Assembly: GCA_965216875.1 (NCBI GenBank)
Contig: OZ244207.1
Coordinates: 4,736,001 to 4,800,000, forward strand
DNA length: 64,000 nt
Direction: 5' to 3'
From: Rubripirellula sp.
GTDB taxonomy: Bacteria; Planctomycetota; Planctomycetia; Pirellulales; Pirellulaceae
Shown here: positions 62,614-64,000 of the stretch, one piece after another
How the letters are laid out: every line of letters starts with the position of its first letter
Position numbering within the stretch: the stretch's first letter is position 1
Translations under genes and position numbers: made by a program
Notes under the pieces: model-generated
The model's input: the letters and a program-made list of their open reading frames with translations, nothing else
Database searches by the model: none
Told to the model about the DNA's origin: nothing

Positions 62614-63420
62614 TCAGCCGAACAGAATCTCTTTGGTTGGCTTCACGCCGTTGTCGGTTCGGCCACGGTAGAGCCCCACCTTTTGAAGCATCGCCAACGT
62701 TGCAAAGGCAGGATTGGTTGTCGCGTATCGCTTCCACAATCGACCTGGCTCGCGAGTCAAACGAAAGAGCCATTCGAGCCCGTTGCGTTGCATCCAAGCA
62801 GGCGCCTGCTCGAGCATACCTGCGTGGAATGCGAACGCAGCTCCCACGGCGATCAGCGGCATGTCGATGTGATCTTTCATCTCATATGCAAAGATTTCTT
62901 GCCGCGGGCAGCCGAGACCAACAAAGCAGATGCCCGCGCCACTCGCTTTAATCTCTTCGGCGAGACGGTCGCGTTCCTCGGCACTGAGCGTACGGAACTT
63001 TGAAGCGCGTCGACCCGCCACTTGCAGTTTCGGGTACTTCTCCTGCAAACGATCTGCGAACTGATCAAGCATCTCCTCGGTTGCACCAAACAGGAACACG
63101 GGAACGTCCTCCTGGGCCGCCGCCTGGCACAGACGCAACGTCAACTCAGGGCCGTACACACGGTCGGTGAGACCACAGCGATGAATGCGATTGAGTGCCC
63201 AACGGACCGGCTGACCATCAGGGCAAACCAAATCGAATTGGTTCAATCGATACTTATGCTCTTTGTCGTTCACGCCCGTCATCACACCGTGAACGGCCAG
63301 CGCCGTAACGGCGAGCGAACGTCGTTGCTGGGCAGCATCAAGCACGCGTTTGACGGCGGCTTCATAGTCAATCGCGTTGACATTGATGCCAAGCACGTTG
63401 CGTTTTCCGAGATCAATCAT
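62614..63420 (-). CDS. WecB/TagA/CpsF-family glycosyltransferase
   Basis: PDGQPV, RVYGPEL, VGLGCPRQE, GLEWLFRL..EP.RLWKRY. Confidence 0.93.
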   Translation of the reverse strand: MIDLGKRNVLGINVNAIDYEAAVKRVLDAAQQRRSLAVTALAVHGVMTGVNDKEHKYRLNQFDLVCPDGQPVRWALNRIHRCGLTDRVYGPELTLRLCQAAAQEDVPVFLFGATEEMLDQFADRLQEKYPKLQVAGRRASKFRTLSAEERDRLAEEIKASGAGICFVGLGCPRQEIFAYEMKDHIDMPLIAVGAAFAFHAGMLEQAPAWMQRNGLEWLFRLTREPGRLWKRYATTNPAFATLAMLQKVGLYRGRTDNGVKPTKEILFG

Positions 63421-64000
63421 TTTGCGGATTCAAGTTGTGTCGTCTCGTTCTTTTCGTCAGCCGACGTTTGCGTGTTGGTTGACGCTGGCCGATGGGTTGG
63501 CGTTGTATCCACCTTGGGATCATGCGTTTGCAACTGGTCGACCATGCATCGAACATCAAATGAGTCGCGGTAAAGCTCCAATGCCCAGCGAACGATTCCA
63601 AGCTTCTTTTCGCGCGACATGTTCATGGCTGGAAAGTAAGCCATGTCCGAATCGTCTTCACAGCCGAGGAAATCAGGCGGGTGCAACAACAACGATGGCG
63701 GACACTTCGTCAGGCGGCAAAGAGCCAAAGCCGACCGAAAGTACGCCTTCGCTGCGAGTGTCGAGAAGCTCGCCAAGTAGGTGAAGTAGCTGAAGTGGAT
63801 CGGTGTCCGTGAAAGCGGCATGACCGTGACCGGCATCTCCCAGAGCGTCTTTTGCGAACCTTCGACCTGTCGCACAAACGGACGGTTGGGTTGTCGCAAG
63901 GAGCTGAAACCGCCGTAAAGCTTCTTGGCTTTCTCACGTTGCTCGCCCTTGAGTCCCGACTTGAGCATGAAGACGGCTCGTGCAAGCGGCGCGATCGAGG
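63417..64000 (-). CDS. Probable polysaccharide deacetylase family protein, C-terminal part, truncated by the window edge
   Basis: LWEMPVTVMP and LLLHP.DF motifs; the stop overlaps the start of the glycosyltransferase. Confidence 0.6.
   Translation of the reverse strand, partial: SIAPLARAVFMLKSGLKGEQREKAKKLYGGFSSLRQPNRPFVRQVEGSQKTLWEMPVTVMPLSRTPIHFSYFTYLASFSTLAAKAYFRSALALCRLTKCPPSLLLHPPDFLGCEDDSDMAYFPAMNMSREKKLGIVRWALELYRDSFDVRCMVDQLQTHDPKVDTTPTHRPASTNTQTSADEKNETTQLESAK

Overview
This is a GC-rich chromosomal window, very probably from a Pirellulaceae planctomycete. The evidence is a DUF1501 + PSD1/planctomycete-cytochrome gene pair, a DUF3500 gene, a planctomycete-style Ser/Thr kinase and an NPY-motif membrane protein. 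Most of it is housekeeping: a complete F1Fo ATP synthase operon, cysI, folD, mlaEFD, serS, clpS, mtaB, sodA, rpsA, rpiB, aroC, regulators and peptidases. I found no rRNA, tRNA or CRISPR array. Four things stand out. (1) A short major-vault-protein (MVP)/SPFH-like protein is fused to a PilB/GspE N-terminal domain and has its own internal in-frame ribosome-binding site (6221-8005). (2) An RbsB-type sugar-binding lipoprotein appears naturally circularly permuted (3300-4385). (3) About eight palindromic REP families form mosaic elements, one RAYT transposase is flanked by its cognate REPINs, and the GTAG/GTGA ends of REPs repeatedly form the stop codon of the upstream gene. (4) An intact IS481-family element sits inside a REP, and the empty-site sequence is present elsewhere in the window. 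Protein calls come from motif recognition only, with no database search. Many start codons were moved by eye from the ORF track and are approximate.
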